From Amoebidium appalachense (lineage: Eukaryota; Protista; Ichthyosporea), in contig CAVNZM010000014.1 of the NCBI GenBank assembly GCA_963693365.1, forward strand, positions 682,001-746,000: a stretch of 64,000 nucleotides of DNA. The letters are read 5' to 3'. The notes beneath the pieces were generated by a model. It had not been told where the DNA came from. It searched no databases and was given only the letters and a program-made list of their open reading frames with translations. Positions within the stretch are counted from its first letter, which is position 1, and the number at the start of each line of letters is the position of its first letter. A program made the translations under genes and the position numbers. This document shows, piece after piece, positions 12,801 to 23,908 of the stretch.

Positions 12801-13256
12801 AGCGGCTAAGCCTTGAAGCTATCCACCACTACCTGAGCTACGAAGTGACCTAAGGCTTGAGTTATATTCATTATCGAATGCTTGGTATGATCATTCATCC
12901 ACACAACCAAATTACTCGCAATTGAAAACGAATCTGCGGGAGTATCCTAAAAAGGAAAAATTCCCAAAAAGGAAAATATTACTTCTACAGAAAAAGCCAA
13001 GCACAGAGACGAAGCGAACAATTCGCACGAACACTCTGCAACAATCTTCGCCACGAAAATGAAAGCACAGAAGAATGCTGCATGAATTTACGTTTTGGCA
13101 AACGAAGAAGTGCTCATAGACGTGCACAAATCTATTCCACCGTCCTTGCTCTGTTCTGTCCAGCAGCTCGGCACACACAAGAATTCTCGCTGAAGGTTGT
13201 TTATCGCCTCTCAGCCTGGTGGTTTGCTTGTCTAACGACACCACCAGGCTCCCGAC

Positions 13257-13266
13257 AAGGGGGGAG
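13257..13266 (+). other. Polypurine tract
   Basis: AAGGGGGGAG immediately precedes the 3' LTR start at 13267. Confidence 0.85.
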
Positions 13267-13747
13267 TGTAAACAACTGTACACATGAACTGTACATGTTT
13301 ACTAAAGAATGTGATCTACTAGCACACGATTCGTGCTTTGTCATGAATATCACATAAATATTATGTCCGCACCAATAGGACTCACTCTGACCTAAGAATT
13401 GAACCATATATGGTTCTTCAGCTGCATACCACATAAACGAAGTGAACCAATAAGAGGTTTGCATAAATAGGACAAAGGTCTGACTGGCTCGGACCGCACC
13501 AGAATCACGAATGGCATGTTGCCACCCGCGCTGGCCGCGGATGAACCAATCCTGGGCCTTGATCCGAAACCTGGGGGCTATATAAGAAAGCCGTCCCAGT
13601 ACGGGGATCACATCAGTGAAGTCTTGAGACAGACTGAGTCGGCCCATAGTAAAAGCAACCTGGCCGCGTGTGCCTTTCTACCCGTTCTCTGTCTTTATTT
13701 TGATTCAGTTGTACTCTGCCTTATCCTAACTAGTCCAACTGTTTACA
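13267..13747 (+). repeat. 3' LTR
   Basis: 481 bp with no difference from the 5' LTR seen by eye; followed by the TSD CTCAT. Confidence 0.95.
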
Positions 13748-13866
13748 CTCATGCCCCCCGTGTCCGTGGAGTGCAGGCCGTCGTGCCTGCACCCAAGGGG
13801 CTGGCCGAGGCGGGGGCCGCCAGGGGGGGTCCATGCCATGAGCCCCCCCCGCACCACAAGGCCCCC

Positions 13867-14979
13867 CTACTGCGATGTAGGGGGTCCGCCCCAAGGTCCC
13901 GTGGCGAGGCCCTGGTGTGACCAGACGGTGGCAATGGAGGCTTGCACGTCGCGGTGGGGCAGCCGGATGTAGACCATGAATGCGTCTGATGCCCAGCGGC
14001 CAAGGGCTTTGATGGTGGCGTCAGGTAGGCCCGCTCTCTCAGCTGCAGTGGCCCCCCCTATGCGCAGGCTGTGGCCGGCGTACTGGTCGGGGTCGTAGCC
14101 CGCATGGTGTAGAGCTGTGCGGAAACCGGCGATGAAGGTGCTCTTGAGGTAAGGGCTGCCGTCGACGCTGAACAGGGGTGCATCTGGGTGGATGCCTGCC
14201 CTGGTTGACGAGACCCCCAGGAAGAGGGCTAGATTGGCTGCTGGGCAGAAGGAAGGCTCCTCCGGGAACGCGGGCACCCGGATGGTAACACCCTTGCCCG
14301 TGGGGTTGGTCTTAGACGTCGGCAGGAAGACTGTTGCCCCAATCAGGCGGCCATCCTGCCATAGGAGCTGGACGTCGTGACGCTTGGCGTGAAGGAGGGG
14401 GTTGAACTTGGCCGCAGATTTGGACGTGAACTCGCCCGAGCGCAGGAGGCACGAGCTGCCAAGCAGCAGGGCAGCCCACAGACGCAGGGCCTCCAATGAA
14501 GAGCCCGGTTGGATGACTGGGAGGAGGGCGCGGAGGTCGGCTGGGAGGAGGGGCTCGAGCACTCGTTTGGGCCGGTGGCTGCCTTCCAGCAGCAGGAAGC
14601 GGCCAGCCCCGCGGATAAACCACTGAAGGCTCTGCTGGCCGGAGCCCGCTGGTGGTGCCATGCCCAAGCTGCGGTGCAGGCTGTTGACGGCGGAGACGAT
14701 GCTGGGCATGGTCCGGGCTTGCACCGCACGCATGGCGCACCAGGCAAGGAACAGCTGCACTTGGGCTGGGCAGGCTGGCAGGTAGCCACCATCAGGATTG
14801 CGGCAGTCCATTGCGTAGATGAAGTCGATAAACTGGCGCTGGTAGGACGAGTAGGAGGACTCCGTGCTGTCACCCACTGACAGCCGAGTGATGGTGCGGG
14901 CCACCTCCGGGACACGGGCCAAAACCTCGGGGGTGAACCACTGGGCAAGCCTACCATGGTCGCCACCAAAGGGGAGCAA
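13867..14979 (-). CDS. Tyrosine recombinase of the Ngaro-type element
   Basis: Uninterrupted 370-codon frame with the catalytic set LLRSGEF (R), SKTNPTG (K), GHSLRIGGAT (HxxR) and GRWASDAFMVYIR (W, Y). N-terminal STxxSY core-binding region. No ATG at the 5' end of the frame. Confidence 0.95.
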   Translation of the reverse strand: MLPFGGDHGRLAQWFTPEVLARVPEVARTITRLSVGDSTESSYSSYQRQFIDFIYAMDCRNPDGGYLPACPAQVQLFLAWCAMRAVQARTMPSIVSAVNSLHRSLGMAPPAGSGQQSLQWFIRGAGRFLLLEGSHRPKRVLEPLLPADLRALLPVIQPGSSLEALRLWAALLLGSSCLLRSGEFTSKSAAKFNPLLHAKRHDVQLLWQDGRLIGATVFLPTSKTNPTGKGVTIRVPAFPEEPSFCPAANLALFLGVSSTRAGIHPDAPLFSVDGSPYLKSTFIAGFRTALHHAGYDPDQYAGHSLRIGGATAAERAGLPDATIKALGRWASDAFMVYIRLPHRDVQASIATVWSHQGLATGPWGGPPTSQ

Positions 14980-15101
14980 GCCACCTGCAGGGACAGAGCT
15001 GTGTGAGCATCATGCCTAGAGTCCCAGGGGGGGGGGGGGGGGGGGTAAAGGCAACGAGCGGGGTGGGCGGCAGGCAAGCGGGTGCACAGGCAGGCAAACA
15101 A

Positions 15102-15133
<32 letters not shown>

Positions 15134-15673
15134 CGTAGCTAAAGGGCAGAGGATGCATGCAGCGCTGGCAGGGAGGGCGGGGGAAGGGGGAGGGGGGGGT
15201 ATGCGCGCACAAGCCGCGGTGTAGGCGTGCGTGTGTGTGCGCTAGTGTGTGGGTGTGTATGAGCATGTGTGTGTAACACCGAGGTTAAGCATGCACGATC
15301 GAAGGGGCGGGTGGAGGGGTGGCAGGGTGGGGTTGGGGGGGGTTGGGGGAGGGAAGGAGGAGGGGGGGGGGGGGGGGGGTAGGACACGCCACAAGCAGTT
15401 GGCACTGCGGGCCAGCACAGAACAAAGAGGCACACCGTGTGTACACCGTAAGACCGTAATGTATTGTCCCAAACACTCCACCGGGTGAGTGAGGGAATCC
15501 GAGCGAATTCATGTAGTGGGGGGGGGGCGGCCCCGGCCGCCACTGCAGAACATGAATCGTGCGATATACAAAGTGGGAAGGGGGGAAGGGGGGGTGTCGG
15601 TGCCCCCCACAGCCCACACGCCAAGCCCAATACGAAGGCAAAGGAACAGGGGAGGGGGCTCGGCCCAGCCCCA

Positions 15674-17290
15674 TCACGAGAGAGGGGCAGCAAACCACCC
15701 CGCTAGCCACTCAGGCACGGGTGTTGGGACTGGTGCGTGCCACGGGTGCAGCCGGTCGAAAGTGGCCCACTGTGCCCGCGAGATGGCATCCGCAATCGAG
15801 TTTTCCACGCCAGGGATGTGCTTGGCCGAGACCAGCACCGTGTAGCGCATTTCCATCAGCGTGATGAGACGCAGCACCCGGACAATGGCAGGGACGGGGG
15901 AGTGACGGGACGCGATCGTAGATACTGCACCGTCGTTATCGGTGAGCACGCGTATGTGGCTGTTGCGACAGCTGGGACCCCAACAGGCCAGGGCCACGGC
16001 AATGCCAGCCAGCTCAAACAGCACGGAAGCCCACACATCTCCGCCAGCAATGACCGTGCGCCAATGGTCCGTCCATGCTAGGTGAAACCACGCTTGACCC
16101 CAGTAGCCACCGCATCCTATGCTGCCGGCCGCATCTGTGGTGAACATGTGATGCACGGGGGGGTAAGCACACGTATGCCGTTCCACTCGGGGAGGAACTC
16201 CGACCACAGCACAACGTCGGCTCGTGCGTCGGCGCAGACACGGATGTGGTGGTGGGGCCCTAGGCCGGCCCTCTCAGCCTCCGCCAGCAGATGAAGCAAG
16301 CGTTGAAGAAAGGCACGGGCACGCCCCAGCGCCACAACCTGAGCACACCACATGAGCTTGCCGCACAGGGACCGTAGGTCTCGAACAGTGGCCTTGGGGC
16401 GACCCCGCCAATCGGCTAGCAGGGCCCGGAGCTCGGTCAGCTTGACGGCAGGTAAGCGGGCCTCCATGCGCAGAGTGTCCCACTCGAGCCCAGAGTAGAT
16501 GAGCGTGTGTGAGGGCAGCTGCACTTTGTCGTCGGCAAGCGTAGCACCCACCTTCGAGCACACCCACCGAAACACCAGCATGTTGAAGGCGCACTCTTGC
16601 AGCGTACGGCCGCCGAAAAAGAAGTCGTCCACAAAATGCTGTGTCTCTGTGGCGTTGAGGGCGTGGGCGAAGTGCTGCAGGGCCTGAGCTATGCGTTCCC
16701 AGAACGCTGGGCTGGACCGCAAGCCAAACGGTAGGCGGGTCTCCACATAGAACGCGCCTAGCAGCTGGAACGACAGCAGTGGCTGGTCGTCTGGGTGCAC
16801 CGGGCCGTGACGAAAGGCACCCTTCACGTCGTATGCCCCGAGGAAGCAGCCCTGGCCGAGCCGAGCTACTGTTTGCATCACCGTGCGGATGGTGATGTAC
16901 TCCAGCTGATCCGGGTAATCGACCCCATCGTTGATACTGGAGCCACGCGGGAAGGAAAGGTCGCGGATGCGGCGGACGCCCGTGCCGCCCTTTTTGGGAA
17001 CTGCCCCGAGGGGCGAGGATACAAAATAAGGATAAAGGGCCACCATCTCGTCGCGGGTGAAGGGGCCCAGGATGTGGCCGCATGCCACTTCCTTCGCAAT
17101 GTCGGCTGCAAGCTGCTCACGGGCCGCCAGCGCGGACGGGTGGTTTCGGCCCACCCGGGTGACCCGCTCGCCGAAGTAACCGACCGAGAAGCCCAGCTCT
17201 AAGTCGCGGAGCAGAGCTTGCTGAAACGCACTGTCGGGGTGCGGAAACAACTCAAACAAACGGCGGAAGTTGGGGACAGATACGGTCTGT
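15674..17290 (-). CDS. Reverse transcriptase / RNase H of the Ngaro-type element (one frameshift near 16160)
   Basis: RT motifs SPLGAVPKK, RRIRDLS, YDVKGAFR, LPFGLRSSP and HFVDDFF in ORF 16117-18132. RNase H motifs TDAA, FELAGI, TDN and HIPGVENSIADAISR in ORF 15674-16207. The frame changes at a G run (16157-16163). The 5' limit is approximate. Confidence 0.93.
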
Positions 17291-17390
17291 GGTGGTGCCG
17301 CTGGGGGGGGTGACCATGGGCCCCGCAGGGCAACGGAGAGGGCAGGCCCAGCGCTGACGTCAGCCCCTGCCCGAAAGGGGGCTGGGCCCC

Positions 17391-18458
17391 CTAAGCCGGG
17401 TTGGCCCCCCCTTCCCCCGCCCCGTTGGCTGGGTTGGGAGGGCAGGCGTGTGCGCCGTGCGCCGCTGAGCCGCACTTCAGGCAGGCGTGCTTGTAGCGGC
17501 AAGCTTAGGGTTGGGTCCCTTCCTGGTGCAGCCCTTGGCCGTGTTGAAGCCCCGGCATATCTCATCCGCAGCAGGGGCCGGGCTGGCGCGAGGGCTGGCT
17601 GTGGCCCCCCCAGAGGCAGGCTGCCAGGGTGTGCGGGGAGCGGTGGGTGCCTGGTGCAGGCGGGCACCGGACAGGGACACGGCCAGCTGCACAGCGTCGG
17701 GTGCGTCGAGTGGGCGGCCAGAGGCAGCGCACGACCGGCGGTGTGCATCCTCCCAGCGCATGATGGCAGCCCACTGGTACTCGGGTGCCAACTCAGTGGC
17801 CACAAACTCGGCGTGGGCCAGCAGGGCCGTGACGGGGGCGTTGGCGTTGATGCGTAGGCGTAGCAGCTGCAAGATGCAGCGCAGGTAGGTCTGCAGGTCC
17901 GGGCACAGGGCGGGCTGGCGCTGGGTGCCAGGCGTCTGCAGCACAACCGTGCCAGCAGGCAGGCCAGGCAGGGAAACCGGCTGGCGCTGCGTGTGGACAG
18001 AAGAGCCCGTGGGCGGCAGCAGGTCGAGTAAAGCGAAATGCTGCATAGGCTCGAAGATGGCAGCCCCCCCGGACCTCCGGGGACAGGTGGGGGCAGGGTG
18101 GGTTCGACTGGCTGCGCTGGCTGGCCCCCCAAACGGCCAGTTGCAGGGCATTGGGCGGCGGAGGCAGCTGGTGCATGTCGCCGCCCTGAGGGTCCTCCTC
18201 ACGGGGGCGCTTGTGGGCGTTGCCGGGGGGTTGCTCTACAGCATCCACGGCCCCCGCCGCAGCGGCAGGGGGCCCCGTAACAAGGGGGGTTCCTACCGGT
18301 TCCGCCCCCGCCAAGGTTGACGAGGTGGGGGAAGGCGCACAGGAGAAGATCTTGCTGGGAAGGGGGGGCCGGGCTGGCCTGCAGGGCCTGACGGGTCGCG
18401 TTGGCCACCTCAGAAGCAAACATGCGAATGGTCGCTGCCAGCTCAGGGGTCAGGGCAA

Positions 18459-18506
<48 letters not shown>

Positions 18507-18579
18507 CGTCCTGCACAGGAGGGCGCGCCTCCTGCCCTGCCTGTGCTGCAGGGCCATTGTCTGTTGGGTCTACTTCCAT
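17391..18579 (-). CDS. Gag-like ORF1 with C-terminal Cys/His zinc finger (about three frame changes)
   Basis: ATG at 18579 lies just downstream of A1 (MEVDPTD..., poly-Q). Core LLAHAEFVATELAPEYQWAAIMRWEDAHRR. The C-terminal finger EICRGFNTAKGC.../..CRYKHACLKCGSAAHGAHAC is split across frames; stop at 17391-17393. Confidence 0.75.
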
Positions 18580-18583
18580 ACTT

Positions 18584-18860
18584 GAGCCGCCGTGTGCTAG
18601 CCACCGAAACGCAATCGTGCTAACAAAAACCGTACGTGCAGCACACGGCGAAAACGAAGGTGGCCTGCATCTGCAGTGTGCTGCGCCGGAAATACCGGCG
18701 CTGGTGGCGCCTGACGTCAGGCGCTGCGCCAGACCGATGTCAGCCGCCGCTGCGGCTGAGCCTGGCGCCGCGGCCCGTGACGTCATGGGCCGCCCGGCTG
18801 CCTGCGCCCGAAGTGATCCGTGAAACATCTTTCATCTGCTGCGCATATGAAACGTACATT
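18584..18860 (-). repeat. Split direct repeat A1 (277 bp; 5' end and likely promoter of the element)
   Basis: Copy of 9805-10081. TGACGTCA at 18712-18719 and 18778-18785. Ends 5 nt before the gag ATG. Confidence 0.93.
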
Positions 18861-18930
18861 TTGAATTTGAAATGGGGGGTACCGGTGGGCTGTAGTAAGT
18901 ATTGAGGTCCCCCCTAGGCCTGCCACGGTG

Positions 18931-18964
<34 letters not shown>

Positions 18965-19123
18965 ACCCCGAGGGGGTGGTGGGTCCCCCCCCTCCCCCCC
19001 CCCACCCCCCTAATTAGTACGCTGACCACCGGGGTGGTGGGTCCCCCCCCCCCCCCCCTGGGGGAAGGGGCGGACCTACGGACCCACTTTTGGTGGGGTG
19101 GTGGGTCCCCCCCCCCCCCCCCC

Positions 19124-19164
<41 letters not shown>

Positions 19165-19894
19165 AGCGCGCGTGGGGAATCCAATGAGACCCTCCGCGCC
19201 GGCCGCGGCTGTGTACCCTCTCAAGTTCTGGGACGCTCGCCCCCGCCCCCCTCCCCCTCCCCTCCCCTCCCCCCTCCCCCCCTCTCATCCACCACCATCA
19301 CCAACATTAAGCTTGTACTAGGTCTTCTTCCCCTCGTTTTAACCAGCACTTCGAATTTTGACAAAGCCTGGGCAAATCTATTATGTACAACATGTCACTG
19401 GGAGTGTGCGTCTGCAATTTTTGTGCGGCGTAGACGTGGGACCGTGTGTGTATGTGTCCTTAAGGTGGGCGGGCAATATTCGGCACTGCTAACTTGGCAC
19501 TGTGGTGGCCGCCTGACTGACGTGCAAGTAAACGTCGTGCCACATGTGCAAGCTGTGTGGACGCAATGCGCTTAGCATGTGCAAAATTACATGGCATTTC
19601 ACGTGTGTGCTAGAGAAAAGTGCCCGGTGTGTGCGCACGTGTGGGTGTCACAGTGCATGTCACAGTGTCTCAGTGCGTGTTTGCTTGTGTGTGCGTTTGT
19701 GTGCATATGTGTGCGTGTGTTGTGTGTGTGTGTGTCAGTGATTGAGATAGCTCCCAAATTCTCTGGCACAAATCTGCATGCGTCTGTCTGAATTGCCATA
19801 ATATGTGCATGTGTGTGTTTCTGTTGTTCAATTGCAAATGATGCGCATGCATGATGGCGCATGATGCATGGATGAAATTGCGTCAGACAAATAC

Positions 19895-19928
<34 letters not shown>

Positions 19929-20812
19929 GAGATAGATAAAGAGCGAAAAGAGGGGCGCGGTGGTGGTGGTGGTGGTGGTGTGATGGTGGTGGTGGTGGGG
20001 GGAGGGGGGGGGGAGAGGGGGGGGATAGAGAAAGGGCGAAAAAGAGGGCGCGGTGGTGGTGGTGATGGTGTGATGGTGGTGGTGGTGGGGGAAGGGGGGG
20101 GGGGGGGGGGATAAAGGGAAGCAGTTAGAGAGGAAAAAAGGAACTCAGAATATGTGCCACGTGCGCGCGCGCGCATCATTATGTGCCACCACAAAGAATA
20201 GCATATTACCATACGGCAGTCTGTGATCCTGAGTATTGGAGAGCGTGTGCGGACGGCGTGTGTGTGCCTGCTGGTGCAAGGATGCTTTACTGCACTGTAA
20301 CATTGTCGAGAAAATCAGTGGTCATGTCTGAGCAACCAGTCATTGTGGTCTCGGTATGAGATCTTGACAGGGGCGGAGAGGGGAGGAAGGGGGGGGGGGG
20401 GGGGGGGGGGGATGCCTAGTTAGTAAGCAGGTCCAATTTGACCCAGGGCCTGGTAATTGATAACAATCAGTGGATATACTATGTGCCAGTGCCAATTGGT
20501 TTTCAAGTTGGTGTCCAATATACATACTAAAATAAATTAGTCCTATTAAATTGTGGGTAGCCCCCTCCTCCCCCCTCCTCCCCCAGCCCCCCCACCCTGG
20601 GTGGTGGTGGGTCCCAGGGGAGGGGGGGGGGGACCCACCTACTCGGGGGGGTGGGTCCCCCCAGCCCCCCCCCCCCTTTCCCAACCAGCGGAGGGGTGGT
20701 GGGTCCCCCCCGGGGGGAAACCTACCCCTTCGGGGGGGTGGTGGATCCCCCCCCCCCCCCCCCCCCAACTTACTACTACCCCCTTCCCCGTTTCAAAATC
20801 AAAAACGCCTGT

Positions 20813-21225
<413 letters not shown>

Positions 21226-21253
21226 CCCGCAACCACATCAACGGAGTCCACTT

Positions 21254-21756
21254 GCTGCGAGCAGAATTTTTCTGCGAAAAGCAAAAGTATTCTGCAGCTG
21301 CTGAAACAGAGTTATACAGCAAAACAGAATTATTCGGCAAACCCAGAATCATTCTTCTGCTACGGTAGGCTAATCATTAGTAATTATGCAGAAGTGTTCT
21401 GCTATGTCACGAAGCAAGTTTTTTGATTTCTGCTGCCCGTAAGAAGAATAATTCTGCTTTTTGCAAAATAATCATTGCTATAAACGCAGAACATTCTGCT
21501 AGAAGCCGAGCGATTCTGCCTTTACAGAATAATTATTGCTATAGAGGCAGAACAATTGTGCTAAAAGCCGAGTGATTCTGCTTTTTACAGAATATCTCTG
21601 CGTTTTAATGATAATAATTTATAAAACAACAAAAAAAGTAGGAAAATTGCGATAGCTGGCTTTGCATAATAATTCAGAATCTTCTTTTGCTGAATGATAA
21701 TCATTCTGCTTGTTGCAGAATAATTCAGCTACCTTTGCAGAATAACTCTGCGGCAG
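21254..21756. repeat. Degenerate GCAGAA/TTCTGC-rich foldback-like repeat
   Basis: Dense GCAGAA and TTCTGC motifs in both orientations. Internal ~60-bp tandem duplication at 21465-21595. The two ends are loosely complementary. Confidence 0.5.
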
Positions 21757-22460
21757 TACACATGTGTGTGCAAGTTGTGCACGTCACGGATGTGTTGGTC
21801 ACAAGTTGCCCACTGGCGTGCTGCACGCGATTGCACACCAGAACGACCGATTTGGGAACAATTGTCATCCTGTGTGTGATTGTGGGCCGGGACGGCGACG
21901 TGCGTTCACGGCCTTGTTGTGTGTTCAGTTAATCCCACGGAGTGCGTGCTTGCTGCTTGCAGTAGGACATTGACATGCACACAAGCATGTGCAGTGTCAT
22001 GGCATATGTGCATGCGCATGCCCATCCGGCTCGCCAAAAGTGTGCACCGACATACTCGTGTGTGTGTGTTGTTACATGTGACATGTGCACACTGTGTGCG
22101 CGGCGTGCCATCACGGTTTGGGCCCATCAATTCTAGCTGCTAAGTCCAACATACTATACTGAATCAATGCTGTACATGTACATAGTGACACATAGTACTA
22201 AAACAATGCTGTATATGTACATAGTGACACATAGTACTGTAGGCTAAGCCGAAGAAGGGTCCAATATCCCCGCTGATAACTGGGACTCGGCAGCGGCGTG
22301 CACCGTGTAAAGTTATATAGACTATTGTGAAGCATAGCCTACTTAGAAAGGGAAAAAAGGCACGTGTAAATGATATTATGCCCCGGATAGACGGCAGGGT
22401 CCTGGGTGGGATCAGCCCACCGCCTCATCCACCTATCCACCGGTCGTTCCCCCCCTCCCT

Positions 22461-22502
<42 letters not shown>

Positions 22503-23176
22503 GGGGGGGGGGGGGGGGGGGAGGTGGGGGCGGGGAGGGGGGGCTGTGATTTGCAATTACCAGACTGCCGTAGTTTGTTCAGATGGGGTTTGGCATCAAT
22601 TTTTGCAGTTTACTACATATATTGAGCCAACAGTCGCCCAGCTGCATGACAACATCAGTCTCTGTTAACAGACTCTACTTGAGTTGGTCTGGCCCATGCA
22701 CCACCACTGTCAGTGACCTAAGTCCGGCTAGTTCTTACTCGGTTATATCCCCTCCCCCCCCCCCCCCCTCCCCCTCCCCCCTTCCCCCCCCCCCCCCCCT
22801 CTGCCCCTTCCCCTTCGCCCCCTCCCTCCCACCTCCATTCCACCCGGAATATTGATGATGAAGGATTAGTTAGGCTGCATCAGCATTTCTTCAAAACGGT
22901 GGGGGGGGAAAAATAAAGGAAGGAACCTCATTCGGTCTAATGGTTTGTACCAATTTGCAACATGGAAAGACTTCAATTAACACTTTCGAAATAGGGTCTG
23001 GTGTTCTAAGTTTTTACGGACCATAGCCTTCAGTGCACGTGATTATAAATTTCCCATGCCTTTTTTCCAGTCCTTGGGGTGGATGGTTGGGTGGGTGGGT
23101 GGGTGGTGGTGGTGGTGGTGGCGGCGGTGGCGGCGGCGGCGGTGGTGGTTGTATTTTTTTTAATTTTTTTTTGAAA

Positions 23177-23209
<33 letters not shown>

Positions 23210-23875
23210 TTTCTATTTTCTGAAAGAGGCCGATTAAAGCGGGGAAGCCACTTCACACACATCTTACACACAAACTCTGTAATAACGGTTCAAAGAATGG
23301 GGGGTTTGTCGCTGCCGGGGGGGGACAATACATATATGCGGGCTTTTGCACACACACCCGGTGTGTACACATAAGGCGTACTTGAGAAGTGTGTGTGTGT
23401 GTGTGTGTGACGGTGAGGGCGCGACGTCACGGCACTTGTGTATGTGCGGATGTGTATCCGTAAACTATAGTAGTGCAGTGTATGCATGTGCGCGTGTGTA
23501 TTACTAAATATTTTTTTTTTTTTGTTTGTGTGTGTGTGTGTGTGTGTCTGTGTGTGTGTGCGCATGCGCGCGCGTGCGCCTATATTTGTGTGCCTATTCC
23601 AGTGGGTTGGTTCGTGAATTGCACTGGGTGCATGCTTAAAGGACGTGTTCTTCTCCACACGTGTTGACTCACACACATATGTGCACATACCCCCATGGTA
23701 ATGCTTTATTTGGAGTCACATCCGGAAACTTTTAGAAGTTAATATCGAGAGCCCTCCCGTTCGATCTCCCCACGAGCAGATGCCCCTCCTCCCCCCTCCA
23801 CCCCCTCCTCCCACTTTCCCCCCCACCCCGCCGTCACCAAGTTAACCCCCACCGGAGCTTTACGAAGGGGGGAAG

Positions 23876-23908
<33 letters not shown>

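Larger units (their letters stand above)
10109..13747 (+). mobile_element. Non-autonomous Ty3/Gypsy-derived LTR retrotransposon (3.64 kb)
   Basis: Two 481-bp LTRs (TGTAAACA...TGTTTACA), 5-bp TSD CTCAT, PBS at 10591-10608 and PPT at 13257-13266. The internal region has no long ORF but retains RT remnants. Confidence 0.93.
10080..13856 (-). repeat. Split direct repeat B1, interrupted by the LTR element
   Basis: 10080-10108 and 13753-13856 rejoin to give the B2 sequence. CTCAT is duplicated at 10104-10108 and 13748-13752. Confidence 0.9.
9558..18860 (-). mobile_element. Ngaro-type (DIRS order) tyrosine-recombinase retrotransposon with split direct repeats
   Basis: Minus-strand order is A1 (18860-18584), gag, RT/RNaseH, YR, B1, A2, 114-bp spacer, B2 (9690-9558). 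No TSD; a TT core is shared by both ends and the internal A/B junction. No methyltransferase domain and no inverted terminal repeats, which argues against the DIRS1 type. Confidence 0.92.
9553..20809. mobile_element. Non-autonomous TIR DNA element (~1.95 kb net) whose left TIR is interrupted by the Ngaro-type element
   Basis: Removing the Ngaro insert gives left end GGCATTTTTGAATTTGAAATGGGG, which matches 21/24 to the reverse complement of 20786-20809 (GGCGTTTTTGATTTTGAAACGGGG). Both ends also carry GTAGTAAGT and clustered GGTGGTGGGTCCCC subterminal motifs (18975-19110, 20600-20750). Flanked by (TG)n on both sides. Confidence 0.7.
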
